A stretch of DNA of 64,000 nucleotides from Saprolegnia diclina VS20. Taxonomy: Eukaryota. The notes beneath the pieces were generated by a model. That model did not search any database, was not told the DNA's origin, and was given only the letters and a program-made list of their open reading frames with translations. Each line of letters begins with the position of its first letter. The first letter of the stretch is position 1. Below are positions 49,016-61,700 of this stretch, piece by piece. The DNA is taken from the NCBI RefSeq assembly GCF_000281045.1, contig NW_008246080.1, forward strand, positions 439,672-503,671. The letters run 5' to 3'. A program made the position numbers and the translations under genes.

Positions 49016-50829
49016 ATGGCGCTGGTCCGGCGGCCGAGCATGCTGACGATGCGGTCGGGCGCTGCGACCAACATCCTCATCGAAGTGCGCTTGTCGCTTC
49101 ATGCCTCCTAGCGTCTCATGCGTGCGCTAGGTCAAGCAGAAAACCCGGCGGTCCCTCGATGCGCTCGAGCGCCAGTATGGCGAGTGTACGCCGACCTTGC
49201 TGTCGTGGTCCATGGCTCACGTCGCGCTCTAGTCGACATTAACATTGCGGACCAGCTTGGCCAGCTCTCGCTCTACTGCATCATGGGCGGCGAGTACGAC
49301 GAGGCGCTGCCGCTGCTCCACCGCAAGCTCGTCATCCATGAGAAATTTGGGCCTGGTACGCGCTTCTCGAATTCAAGGGCATGGCCTCCTGACGCAGCGT
49401 AGACGAGAGCATTGGCGACACGTACCAGCAGCTCGGGACTACGTACCGCCTGTACGCCAACTATCTCTTGGCGGCGCAGCATTTCGAGAAGGCGCGGAGC
49501 CATCGCGAGCGGCTCTACGGGACGAACAGCGCCAAGGTCGCCGAGACGCTGAGCAGCCTCGCGGTCCTGCACCATTGGTACGACTGGAATCAAAACGGCG
49601 GTGATTGTACTATGGAAATAGCCAGGGCAACACGGCCGTGGCAGAGGACTACCACACGCAGAGCCTGGTTGCATTTTACGAAAGCACCGAAGAAGAGGAC
49701 GTGCAGAGCGAAGAGATTCCGTGGGAAGTGTTCAAGCGGCTCCGGCAGCAGCAGACGCACCCGCCGTCGACAGCGCAAAACAGCATGACGCTGCTGAAAG
49801 GCACTATCCGCAAGACGATCCAGGCAGCGGTGCTTCAGGAAACGACGGCGCCACCCGTGTCGTCGACGTCCATAGCAAGTGCGGACGATTTCGAGCCGCC
49901 AAAGCTGCGCATGCGGTCGCTCTCCGACGGTGCGCTGCCACTGCACACCCCACCCACGTCGTCCAACGGCGCGACGGACCGCCCCAAGGTCGCCCAGCTC
50001 CTCAAGAAGCAGCTCTCGACGTCGTTCGACAGCACGATAGTACCCGATTCGCCCATGGAAACAAGCCAAGGCCACTTCCCCGAGACAACGCACGAGCCGA
50101 TCACGAGCTTTCCGGTGCTCGTCGAGCGCGTCGACAGCGTCAAGCGCAAGCACGCATCAGGGCTCGGGTTCCCCGGCATTGAAAGGGAGATGAACCGCCT
50201 CGCGTGTGACATTGGGCTCATCGCTGCCGGCGACCTTCGCCAAGTGGGCCTGCTCATGCTCGGGCTGCTCCAAGACACGGTCAAGCTCAGCAGTCAGCTC
50301 GATCAGAAAAAGGTACCCCATGTGCTGTTGAATGGGTCGTCTGCAAACAGCATGTAGCTCCCCGTGCTGGAAGGGTATTTGGAGAAGAAGAGCTCGTCGA
50401 TCTTTCGGGGCTGGGAGCGTCGGTGGTTCAAAGTCGATACGCGGACGCTCGTCATGACGTACTTTCACTCGAAAGAAGACCAAATGCGCGGGTTTGCACC
50501 CCGTGGCAGCTTTGCGCTTTCGCGAATCACGCACCTCGTGACCCACACCCACCTCCGGTGCTTTGACTCTGTGCAAGAGCTCTACTGAATGCTATGGGTT
50601 TAGGGGTAATCGGTATGCGTTCGATATCGTTGTCGACCTGGGCACGCGCGCCAACCCGCATGCGACGCGGACGTTTGAACTCCGTTGCGAGTCGGAAGCC
50701 GACCTCAAGTACTGGGTCGACACGATTGAAAAGTACCAGGCGTTCAGCCGCCGCACCTCGAGCAATGCGACCGCGCTGCCACCGCTCCCGCCGTCCCCAC
50801 CGACGTCGCCACCCACGTCGCAGAATTGA
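49016..50829 (+). CDS. TPR (kinesin-light-chain-like repeats) plus C-terminal PH domain protein, multi-exon
   Basis: TPRs GEYDEALPLLHRKL and AAQHFEKARSHRERLYG..VAETLSSLA. PH domain LEGYLEKK..WERRWF...FELRCESEADLKYWVDTI. Confidence 0.82.
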
Positions 50830-51351
50830 TCGTTGTACAAGAGCAAAGATCGCTACTCAAATGCATGTCGTACAGCTCTTGTGTTGGTTGGCGTCAAGGT
50901 CGTCGGGAGTACTATCGCAAACTCCAGTCGCCACGAAAAAGGGCGGCGCATCCATCACCACCGATATCTCCTCGCACCGAAGAAGAAGCTGATCGAGCAG
51001 CCAGTCTTTACAGAGTGAGTTAGAGGCAGTTGCTGCATGAAGCGGGGGCGGCGGGACTAGTATATGTCTATCAAGTACATATCCTGCTCTGTGTCGAAGG
51101 CGAGGAGAGAGCAATTGCGTTCATTCTACTAGTACAAGCGACCACCAGAATGACTAGAATCAGCAGAACATCTGGATCTGGATCTCGTGTTCCAGAGGAC
51201 GAGATGGAGCCAGTCGGTGCGGTGCCGTACTCATGGGGACAGTATGTCGTACACCTACCCCTCACAAACAGATGGACGAACGCCATATCCAGAGCTGAAT
51301 GATCCAGATCACAAGGATCTTCTTTACATGCAAGGAGACGACGATGCTTGG

Positions 51352-51368
51352 ACTCATTTTCCAATTTC
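51352..51368 (+). promoter_or_regulatory. Oomycete INR+FPR core promoter motif
   Basis: actcattttccaatttc lies immediately before ATG 51373. Confidence 0.7.
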
Positions 51369-51372
51369 CTCG

Positions 51373-52056
51373 ATGGTGGCCATCTACCTTCCCAGCATCC
51401 TTGCACTCGCGGCTGTCGCACTCGCTGCTCAAGAGGCACCGGCCGACGCCATGACCTTCAAGAGACCCGACGACTGCGACGACAACCGTGGTGGCGGCGG
51501 TGGCTGGAACTCGGGCGGCGGCTGGAACTCGGGCGGCGGCAAGTGGAACGGCGGTGGCGGCGGCGGCGGCTGGAACAATGGTGGCGGCGGCGGCTGGAAC
51601 AATGGTGGCGGCGGTGGCTGGAACAACGGTGGTGGTGGCTGGGGTAAGCGCACTCCGTGCCCGCAGCCCGGCCCTAACCCCGGCCCCAACCCCGGTCCTC
51701 AGCCCGGTCCCAACCCAGGTCCTCAACCCGGTCCCAACCCAGGTCCTCAGCCCGGCCCCAACCCCGGTCCCCAGCCCGGTCCCAATCCCGGTCCCAACCC
51801 AGGCCCGCAGCCCGGCCCGAACCCCAGCCCTTACAACCCGCCCGCCCCTGGTCCTCAGCCCGGTCCCGGCCCGCAGCCTGGTCCTGGCCCGCAGCCTGGT
51901 CCTGGTCCTCAACCCGGCCCTGGACCTCAGCCTGGTCCGGGCCCGCAGCCTGGTCCCGGTCCTCAGCCTGGCCCGCAACCCGGTCCTGGCCCGCAACCGT
52001 ACAGTCCCGGTGTGACGCAGGGTGCATCGTGGCAGCGCAACCTTCGCCAGAACTAG
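51373..52056 (+). CDS. Secreted low-complexity protein with GGGGWNN repeats and PGP(Q/N) repeats
   Basis: Signal peptide MVAIYLPSILALAAVALA, two repeat blocks and an INR+FPR motif upstream. Confidence 0.88.
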   Translation: MVAIYLPSILALAAVALAAQEAPADAMTFKRPDDCDDNRGGGGGWNSGGGWNSGGGKWNGGGGGGGWNNGGGGGWNNGGGGGWNNGGGGWGKRTPCPQPGPNPGPNPGPQPGPNPGPQPGPNPGPQPGPNPGPQPGPNPGPNPGPQPGPNPSPYNPPAPGPQPGPGPQPGPGPQPGPGPQPGPGPQPGPGPQPGPGPQPGPQPGPGPQPYSPGVTQGASWQRNLRQN

Positions 52057-52461
52057 TCATTTGTCGGCAGATCCTTTGTGCTCTTTATGTTTCTCATCAC
52101 TCGTTGTAATTCATCAACCTTTTTCTACAATCTCTTGCACATTGACACAACAGCTCGACCTCATTTTCTGCTGCGAAGACAATGCTTCCACAAACAAAAA
52201 TCGCTGGATCGGGGTGCACCCACTAATTTATCAAGAAGAGAGCCAACGCAATAGCCAGAATACACACCATTCGCCTTCTAGAATTGCATGTTGGAAACCA
52301 GTCTGCAGAGTTGCAGCACCAGCTCGAGTTGCAGTTCAAGTCCCCGTCGTGACGCCCGAAGCAGTCGCCGCCACCCGCGCCGCGCTCTTGGCCGAGCTGC
52401 ATCTTCACCACTTGCTGCTGAATACCCAAGCGATGTGCCTCTTCCAAATGATGCACGCCCT

Positions 52462-52639
52462 GCGCCACGACGCCTGGCTTCGTGACCACTTCGTCCCGGC
52501 TTGCGCCATCCATACGCCTCGCGTTCGACACGGCTAAGCCTCGCCGCTGCTGCCGTCTAGCACAACACGCTCGGAATCGAAAGTCCACCGCCAAAACAGT
52601 TCAGTGTAAATTATACCTCAACAGACTCACTTCAACAAC
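52462..52639 (+). repeat. Dispersed repeat copy 2 (see 1715-1893)
   Basis: Direct visual alignment to the reverse complement of 1715-1893. Confidence 0.85.
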
Positions 52640-53076
52640 AACCGCTTGTCAATTGAGAGCCCACCGAGAACCCAGAAGAGGCCATCGCCATCGCATCACC
52701 AAACCCTCAACAGCTGTGCGAAAAGTATCTTGGCCGTTGCATGGGTCGTGCGTGAGCTCTGGGTGCACAGCCTGTCCTTCTGCGAGAACCTTGAGCTCCG
52801 TGCGATCTACTTGACGTGCTTGATGTCGCAGTGTGCCAGGTTGCATGGCTGCACTGCACCTAGCATCATGTTGATGACGACTTCGGAAGCCGTCGACGTA
52901 TCGTCGCCGAGAGAAGGTGCAGTCAGTTACAGTTTTGGTGGGGTCCTACTGAATTTATATTCCGTAAATTCAATGTATACTTGTATTTTCAATCCAAAGG
53001 TACGATTGTATTTTATGAGGGCGACCCGGTGGAGGGCATCGTTCTTTGAACATCGCATCAAAATATCTTTGGCCCG

Positions 53077-54848
53077 ATGCGACGCCTATGGACCGTAGTC
53101 GCGCTCGCCCTCGCCGTCGGCGCCTCGACCAGCCGCGTGCTCAGTGACGCAGATGACATCGTCGACACGGTCCCGAAGGACGTCTCGTGTACAAAGGTCA
53201 AGAAGTGCGACGACAACAACGAATGCGTCCTCGTCTGCGACCGCGGGTCGGTCGAGATCGACCCGTGGGCCGCGCACGCGCTCAAGCTCCAGCGTCGGCT
53301 CGCCTACACGCACTCGCTCTGCCACGCGCAGCTCCCAGGCTCGCACAACTCGGCCATCAACATGGTTGACGTACGCTTCTTCGAGCGGCCTCGCTTTGTG
53401 CTCATTCCGCCGTGTTGTCTAGGGCTACGGCGTCGAAGACCACGTCTTTGAGGGCATCCTCAAGTACTTTCCGTGGTTCACGAGCAACCTCGTCGTGCAC
53501 ACCAACGATCAGGTACCCATTGCGTCAATGTCTCGCGACGTCTCATCCTGCGCGACTAGCTCTTTAGCATGACGGACCAGTTGCGCATGGGTGCGCGCTT
53601 CATGGAGCTCGACGTGCACTGGGTCGACGACGATCTGCGTATTGCGCACTGTGGCGGCTTTGACTCGTCCGTCCTCGATGACTTTGTCTCGGGTATCAAC
53701 GCGATCGCCAAGCTCCTCGGCATGGAGATCCAGTGGGACTCGGAGACCGTTGGGTGCAAGCCGTCGCTGAGTAGTATCCCCGCGCACCAGCAGCGTCCGG
53801 CCCTGCACGCGCTCCAGGAAATCGCAGACTGGGTCCATGCGCCAGGTAGACAATATGACACTCTGTCCATCGACACGACCCTGTAACACACTAGGAAATG
53901 CCGGAGAATTTGTCCTCATCTACTTTGACGATCAAATCAACCTTCTCAAGTGGCACAAGGTCGAGCTGCTCCTCGACTACATCAAGCAAGCGTTCGCCGT
54001 CGACGAGATTCTCAAGCCCTCTGACGTGCAGGTACTGCATCTTCTATGCTCGTCCTCCATCCTATCCGTGTTCCTGCGGATAGCACGGTGCGAGCTGGCC
54101 CACGTATGAAGCGCTGCTTGCCTCCGGGAAGCGCGTCGCCTTTCTCTCGGTCTCGGACTACGCGCCGATCGGCGACGAACTGCTCTTCCACAAGTACGCG
54201 CTCTGTGGGTGGCAAGAACCCGACTTGCCATTCACGCCGTACCCTGCGTGCAGCTTCAAGAACTGGAAGACGGGCACGATTGTCAACGACCACATTCTGT
54301 TTCGCCCCGAGACGAGCGAGATCCAGTACGGCTTTATCAACGCCGACGGCCACGTCGGTCCGAACGAGTTCCTCATCGACAACGCGCTCTTGCCGCGCCT
54401 CATGGAGTGCAACGTCAAGATCCCGTCGCCCGACAATTTGACGCCCAACCGCATGGCCGCCATGATCTGGTCGTTTGCAGAACACGAGCCTTCCGACGTT
54501 AGCGCGTGCGTGGCCATGCCCCGGCGCTCAACCGCTCGCTGGTACTCGCATGATTGCACCGCCAGCCGTGGCTTCCGCCCTGCGTGCTACACCAATGCGA
54601 CGGCCGAGAGCTCGTTTGCGCACTGGACGCTCGGTGACGTCTCGGACGGCCACCACGTCACGTGCCCGAGCGGGTACACGTACGGCGCGCCCACGAACGG
54701 GTATGAGAACCGCGTCCTCTTTGACCTGCTGTGGAATGACAGCCCGGCGACAACCGCGGGCATTTGGATCAACGCCAAGCCATACATGGACCACGTCGAC
54801 GGCATGGCGCCCGTGTATGCGTACGACCAAGCCCGCCTCGCGACGTGA
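53077..54848 (+). CDS. Secreted PI-PLC X-domain-like phosphodiesterase (TIM barrel), multi-exon
   Basis: Signal peptide MRRLWTVVALALAVGA, LPGSHNS, NDQ..SMTDQLRMGARFMELDVHW and IAHC motifs, with a Cys-rich C-terminal region. Confidence 0.85.
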
Positions 54849-55086
54849 GGTTCGAACCGGATATGTTGACGTCGCCATTGTTTTCTTTTAGTGAATACAA
54901 CTCTACTTAAGTGTACGAGCATGTGAATCAGGCGCGGCATGACAGGGGTCACCACTGGCGTAAAAGGGCGGCAACGTGGACACCTTGTCCTTCACAGGAT
55001 CAATGTATCAAGTTGATGTGAAAAATAAGAAAGCAAAGAATAGAAAAATAGGAGATAAAAGGAGCTGAAACGACCGACACGAAAGG

Positions 55087-55799
55087 ATGGCCTTTGCGGC
55101 GGCGCTTCACTCGGCGTACGAAGCGCGTGCGTCGCACTTGGACTCGGACGAAGTCGCGGGCATTCGCTCGGTACGTGGTTGTGGCGTAGTGACGAGATGA
55201 CGAGAAGCCTCACCTGCTAGCTCTTTACCTACTATGACACCAACATGGACGGCAACGTCTCGTCGGTGCAAGCCCTGCGCATGTTCCAGCTCGTAAACAC
55301 TGCCTGGTGAAAATGGCGTTGAAGAAATGCTCGCATTAGCTCGGGCTCACGGTCAACGAAGAGCATGTGAACGAGCTCGAGCTGCTCTCATTCGCAGGTA
55401 CGACGCACGAGTGAGCCAAATGCGACGACAAATGACTCGGTAGAGTTTCTTGCGATTGTCGACTGCCAGTACAAGGCAGCGCGCAGCCTCGACGAGGGCA
55501 GCCACGAGTGGCACCTCGTGGACCATTTCCGGCGCGATTACGTCACGCCGCACCAGCTCACCTACTTTTTGATGAGCTGCGAGGCGACCGTGTCGGCGCC
55601 ACACCTCGAGCGCTTCCAGGATCTGTACGCCAAGTACTTCTATCTACTGGCACGATACTTGGCTCTCAGAACGACTAGTGCGGACGAGTCGAGTGCGCGC
55701 TTTCGCTGCTTGGAGAAGGACGGGTGTCTCAAACTCCTCAGAGACTTTCATGCGCCCGAGACCGACCACGACGACGCATTGCTTGCACGTGAAAAATGA
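55087..55799 (+). CDS. Calmodulin-like/EF-hand-like protein A, multi-exon
   Basis: Spliced sequence LFTYYDTNMDGNVSSVQALRMFQLLGL...LSFAEFLAIV. Confidence 0.75.
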
Positions 55800-55825
55800 T
55801 CAATGTTTCAAGTGTTCATCCATGT

Positions 55826-56708
55826 CTACGGCGCTTTGTGGCGGCGGCGCGCCGTGGACTTGGATTTCTTCTTCGACGTCCGCGGGTTCGCGCTGGGTTT
55901 GGCTGGGCTTTGGGCCGGCGACGCCGACGGCGACAGTTGCTGGAGGAAGCGCGTGAACCCTTCCTTGTCAAAGACGAGCGGGTCCGCCTCGGTGCTAGGT
56001 TGCATTTCGTAAGTGACAAATGTATGACAAGTTGTACATGGTCGAGTTGGACTGCTGCGCGAGAAAGTCGAGGATCGTCTCTTGCGGTACGTCCAGATTG
56101 CACGTTCGCAAAAACTCGTGGAGCTGGTTGTACGAGATCGTCGCTTCTTCCCGGGGCTCGGTTTCCGAGACTTCGATCGACGTTGTTGTTGTCTGCGCTT
56201 CAAGCGTACGCATAAACTCTAAGCACTCTAACTCGACGACTCGGATGCACTCAGTAATTTGTACCGTCGAGAGGGACATCTTCGAGTCGCTGGATCTGCA
56301 CCTCAGTGAGGTCCAAGCCGAGCTACAAGGGAAATTTTGGGTATCGACGAGAAATAGCTATGGCGTACGAGCTTGAACACTTCGCGCGCTTGGTCGGGCG
56401 AGAGGTTGACGTCGTCGGCTTCGTTTTCAAAAAGGTGCATAAACTACCCCAATGTCATCAACATTTTAGTCGAAAAGGCCACGGGTTACCGAGTCCATGA
56501 TACGGGAGGTGGGCAGGATGTGCTTGGCGCAAGGGCAAAGGAAGTGTGGCTTGCTGTAGCTGGCCGCAACCGGGGATCTTCGATGTTTTACCTTGTCCCG
56601 TCGCGGGAGATGTTCGTTTTTCGAGCGCTTCAACGTAAGGTTTATCGTGACAGCGTATTGGCCCGCGTTCTTAAGCTTCGACGAAGCTTTGACACGGACT
56701 GGGACCAT
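55826..56708 (-). CDS. Degenerate EF-hand-like protein B (paralog of A), multi-exon; start uncertain
   Basis: Spliced sequence LSPDQAREVFKLLGLDLTEVQIQRLEDVPLDEFM...ISYNQLHEFLRTC...FDKEGFTRFL. Confidence 0.6.
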
Positions 56709-57067
56709 TCAGGGCCGTCGGATACGTCCTGTGACGATCTTGGCATTATCATTCTCTCATTTTAGCCAATCCATATCTTGAAGGCTCTGGATTGGTGGAA
56801 ATGCGTTGACATGCAATCTCCACTGACCAATCGCAAGGCTCGACCACTTTGCACCACCGGCTCGCAATTGCACGATGCGATGCGTTATCGGCACCGAGGT
56901 ACGCTACCTATGCCGTAGGCGGAGACTACCTCCATAGGTCATTATCGCATATCGCTGCTATGAAATAACGACGCCCTGTTGACGTGGTCGCAAACGAAAT
57001 TTGAATATGATTTTGACCAATCACCGTGCAGCGCGATGGGATTGGCCAAAATGCAAAGGATTTCCGC

Positions 57068-58665
57068 ATGAGCAGCAGCGTGAGCAAGAAGGAAGCGAAG
57101 CGGCTTGAGAAGAAGCGGCAGCGCTCCGAGAAGAAGGCTGCGCTCGTCGCCGACGGAAGCTGGACGAGCAACCGGAAGCGGCGAGGCCAGCGCGAGTTCC
57201 ATAGCGAGATGCGGGATGACATAGAGGTCATGGTGGCCGAAACGACCGCGCATACGATGCCCGACGGCTACCGCCACGTCGCGCCGTACGAGCACACGTT
57301 CCAGGTGCATGTCAAGGCGCGCTGGTTCGGCAAGAGCCTCTTGGACCTCTTCTTGCTCGAGTTTGGCGGCTTTGACGTGTCGTACTACACGCAGGCCATT
57401 ACGACCGGCAAGATCACAATCAACGGCGCCATCGCCGCGACAACGACGCTGGTCCGGGATGGCGACTACCTCGAGCACCATGTACGAGCTCTATTGCTGA
57501 CGTGCGCAGGATGCAGAGCTAGCGTAGATGCACCGGCACGAGCCGCGCGTCCGGTGCTTTCGCGCCAGCATGATCGAGTACGAAGACGACGACATGGTAC
57601 AGCGCCATCAAGACCATGATGATTCTAGCTCGGAGTTGCCTAGGTCGTTGTCAACAAGCCAAGCACGATTCCGGTGCACCCGTGCGGCGCGTACCGGCAC
57701 AACTCGATGGTACGCATGTTGTCCTAGCGTAGCGTGGACGCATACTCGATCCTTAGACGTTCATCCTGGCGATCGATCATCAACGCCACCCGCTGTACCC
57801 CGTGCACCGCCTCGACCGGCTCACGTCCGGTACGACACGCCAACTTGCATGTCGATAGCACTGTTAACATAGGCTTGCTCGTTCTCGCCAAGTCGCCCGA
57901 GAAGGCCCAGACCATGTCCGAGCAGCTCGTGGATCGAAGCATGCAAAAGCACTACGTGGCCAAAGTTGCCGGTCGGTTCCCGAATCCCGACCGTGACGCG
58001 ACGTCGTCGTCCTTGTTCCCGTCGTTTGGTATACCGTGCACCGCGGCTACGGTTGCCTTCAACTGTCTAAAGTAGATGGCGTCGTCACGGTTGCAGAGGA
58101 CCGATGGACGCCCTACTGGAAGGTCGATGCGCCGCTCAAGCGCATCTCCGAGAGCGAGAACCGGCACGGATATGCGCCAGATGGCAAGGTAATAGCGATG
58201 GTTAAGACTTCAGCTCACGTGCGACGCGGTCACTTGATGTAGGCGAGCCAAACCCTCATCCGAGTCCTGACCGCCTCCGATGAGTACAGTGTTCTCGAGT
58301 GCCTCCCGCTCACCGGTCGCCAGCACCAAATCCGCGTGCATTTGCAATTGCTCGGGTTTCCCATCGCCAACGACCCGACGTACGGCCCACCGTCGTTTCT
58401 GGCGTCGATTCCTCTCAAGCGACCTCTGCCCACGACGCCAGTGACGCACGACGTGCTGTGCCCCACGTGTCGGGACGGCGAGGCCGCCTCGTTTAACTGG
58501 GAGCAGCTCGAATGCCAAGGCTTGTGGCTTCACGCCTACCGCTACAAGGTACCGTCTTGTCGATTGCCACAAAAGTATCAACGTATCAAGTAGGGCGCCG
58601 CGTTTGATGTGCGCGTGGCGCTGCCTGCGTGGGCCCCCGCCAATGTCGTTCTGAATCAAGGATAA
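57068..58665 (+). CDS. RluA-family RNA pseudouridine synthase (RPUSD2/Pus8-9-like), multi-exon
   Basis: HRHEP, NKPSTIPVHPCG, catalytic HRLDRLTSG, TGRQHQIRVHL and GFPIANDPTYG motifs. Confidence 0.93.
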
Positions 58666-58738
58666 CGCGACGACGACAAGGTGTCCAACATGACGAGGAA
58701 TTCGTGGACTAGACTAACAACAGCAATGTACTACGACT

Positions 58739-61700
58739 CTAAAAGGCGTCGCGGAGCACGGGCTTCTTGGCGATGCGGCGCGGCGACGGCGGCGGCGTGT
58801 GGCTTTCGTCCATGGACGAGAGGCTCTCGATGCGGTCGAGGCGCGGCCCGACCGCGTCCTTGGCCATAAAGGACGACGACCCGGTGTTGGAGCTTGAGAA
58901 GCTGTGGTACTGGCTGTCGTCGAATGCATATTCGCAAAAGAGGCGCGAGGCGTGGATCGCCTTCTTCTCGGTATTGGCCCAGAGCACTTTGAGGAGGCTG
59001 TTGGGGTCTGTCGAGGCTTTGAGCGCGAGGACGTTCTTCTTGTTGGGCATCGCGATCGTCTCGACGAGGAGGCAGTCGCGCACGTCGCTGAGCTCGACGT
59101 TGCTATAGCACATGAGCTCGTCGTACGCCACTTGGTGCAGGTTGATGTCGATCGCAAAGCTCGTCTGCGGCTCCATGTAGCCTTGGTTCGGTCGGACCTT
59201 GTAGCGCTGCGGCTGCGCCGTCTTGATCTTGAAGGCGACGCAGTGCGACGATGTGTTTTGCAGCGTCACCTTGCCCGTGGGCTTCTTGCCCACGTCCAGA
59301 TGGTACAAGAGCGTTTGGGGCGAGAGGCTCACGAGGCCGGTCGGCGTCGGCGTCGACACGGCATAGTTCTTCTCGAACGCGCGCAAGAACGACTTCATCT
59401 TCTTGGGCGGCTGCTCGACGTGGCGCGCGTCAAACTCGGACTGCCGGATCCACGCTTCGTCCGGCATCTCGAGGTGTGCGGGTTCGTCTGGCGTCTCCTT
59501 GAACGCAAACGTCTTGAGAATCGCTTTCGGGAAGAAGCTGCGCCCGCTGCCTTGGCGCACCGGCTCAAGCTCGCCAGTCGACGACTCGAGGACCGACGCG
59601 AGCTCGTGCTCGTCATCGGCGTCGGCGGTGGCCGTTGCATCGGCGGGTTCGGGGAAGGTCAGAATCGAGAACCCCGAGTTGGCATCGTCGATCGTGTGGG
59701 CCTTGGACGACGGGCTCGACGGACCGTCCACGTCGGCGTCGGGTTCGTCGACAGCAATCACTTCGGGGTTGGTGACCGGTGTCGTCGGCACCGGCGCCTC
59801 GACGACCGACGCCCTGTCCTTGTCATGGTCGTCGGCGTCGTCGTCGTCGTCGTCGTCGGTCGTTTCTTGGATGACAACGACAGGGCGCGTTGGGAGTGTG
59901 TCAATGTCACCAAAGAGCGACACGGACGCCCGGGGCGACGACGGCGCCGGCGACAGCGGACCCATAAAAGACGCAAACGCGCTGTCCACCGTCATGGACG
60001 ACTCGCTCGTCAGGTCCTCACGCACATGCAGCGACGACCGCGGCGTGTTCATGTTGATGGCGACAGCGACCACCGGCGACGCCATGATGTTGACGTCATG
60101 ACGCGGTGACAATGACGACGACGTTGGCATCGGTGCCCACATGACCGGTGCCGGCGGGTGCACGACGGGCGCGGCCACAACAGGCGGTGGCGGCACCAGC
60201 GACAGCGACGGCTTGGGCTTGGCCGGCGCCGATACCGGCATGTACTTGGAGGCAAGAATGTCAATGTCGTCCAGGCTAAAGCGGACGCTGCTCCGGCGCG
60301 GACTCGCACTCGCCTCGGCAATGGTCTCTGGCATCGGGAGGTACTCGACGTGTGCGACGGTATCCCGATTCGCAACTGTGCTGCTGCGCGCGTCGTACTC
60401 GGTGGGTCGCGCAATGCTCACAGGCAGCGGCTCTAGGTCATCATGCTTTTCTTCTTCCAAGACGTCGTCCATCGACGCCAAGAGATCAATTTTGGTCGTC
60501 GTCGCTGGCTTGGGTGTGGCGCCGACGCTGGCCGACGGCTGCCGGCGCAACGGACTCGCCGGTCGCGGTCGTGTCGTGTCGACGCTCGTCGCAAACGGTC
60601 GCTCGAGCGGCGGCGCGTTAGAGAGGTGGCTCGACGTCGCGTCTTCGTCGTCGCCTTCCTTGACGCCTTCGAGCGCGGTCGCCGGCCCCAATTCACTCGG
60701 TGGCGTGTCGTTGGACGATGACGGCGGCATGTCATCAAAGAGCGTTTCTCGAAAGTCGTCGATCGTGTTGCGCGGCAGCAAATGCTGGTTGAGCGACCGC
60801 TGGTACTGCAGATGCTCGAGCGGTGTCATGATCGGGCGCATCGGAGGCGCTCGTGTGAACGCCGTTTGAAACGATGCGCACTCGCTCACCTCGGACGCGC
60901 GGCCTTCGTCCGGCGTCGTGACGTCATCGTCCGTGTCATGACGGCGCAACGCCGGCGCGTCCGACGACCGGTCGATCGGCACGGGCGCCGTGACCTCGAG
61001 CGCAAACGACGTGACGTATTTATGGACAAGGATCTTCTTGTTGGCGTCCGACGCGTGGTGCCACAGGTCCTTGAGGTACTCGATCGTCTGGTCATAGGAC
61101 GGTAATGACGTCATGGCTGCGATTTCGCTGAGCTCCAGCTCCATGCACTGGACGCGGACCTTGTACTGCGGCAGCGGCGACGTGTCGTGCGACCGCAGTC
61201 GTTGCAGTAGCTCCCGGTGCAGCGACGGCGCGAGTTCGAGACGCACATTGGTCTTGTCCGGTCCGTCGAGCCAGCCGACTTTGAACGGCACGGCCTTGCA
61301 CTTGAACTTGCTCTCGATGCGCACCGTGTACGCCACGACCTTGGAACACCGGTTTTCGATCGAGACGTCGCAGGACCCGACGTTGACCTCGTGGGGCGGC
61401 AGTGTGAACAGCAAGATGTCGGCCGCCGGCGTAATGGCCACAAGGAGGCCGGACCGGTCGGCCTTGACGCGCGACGGCACGACTTGGGATGGCAGCGGGC
61501 GCGCACTCGGTGTCTTTGGTGACACATTCTTTTTCGGAACCACCGAGGCGGAGAGCGGCAAGGGCGCCGAGTCGTCGATCGAAGCGAGAAAATGGGCGTG
61601 GGACATGGTCGTCTCGGACGGCGGCGGGTCCACGGAGAAGGCCGACGTCTGTGAGAGCACGCTCGCGCCCGACTGGAGGAGCACGTGCGGTGTGTGGCTC

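Noticed and set aside
51490..51645. Similarity of GGGWN repeats to prion protein or Argonaute-hook GW motifs
   Set aside because: Low-complexity convergence. A signal peptide argues against an Ago-binding role.
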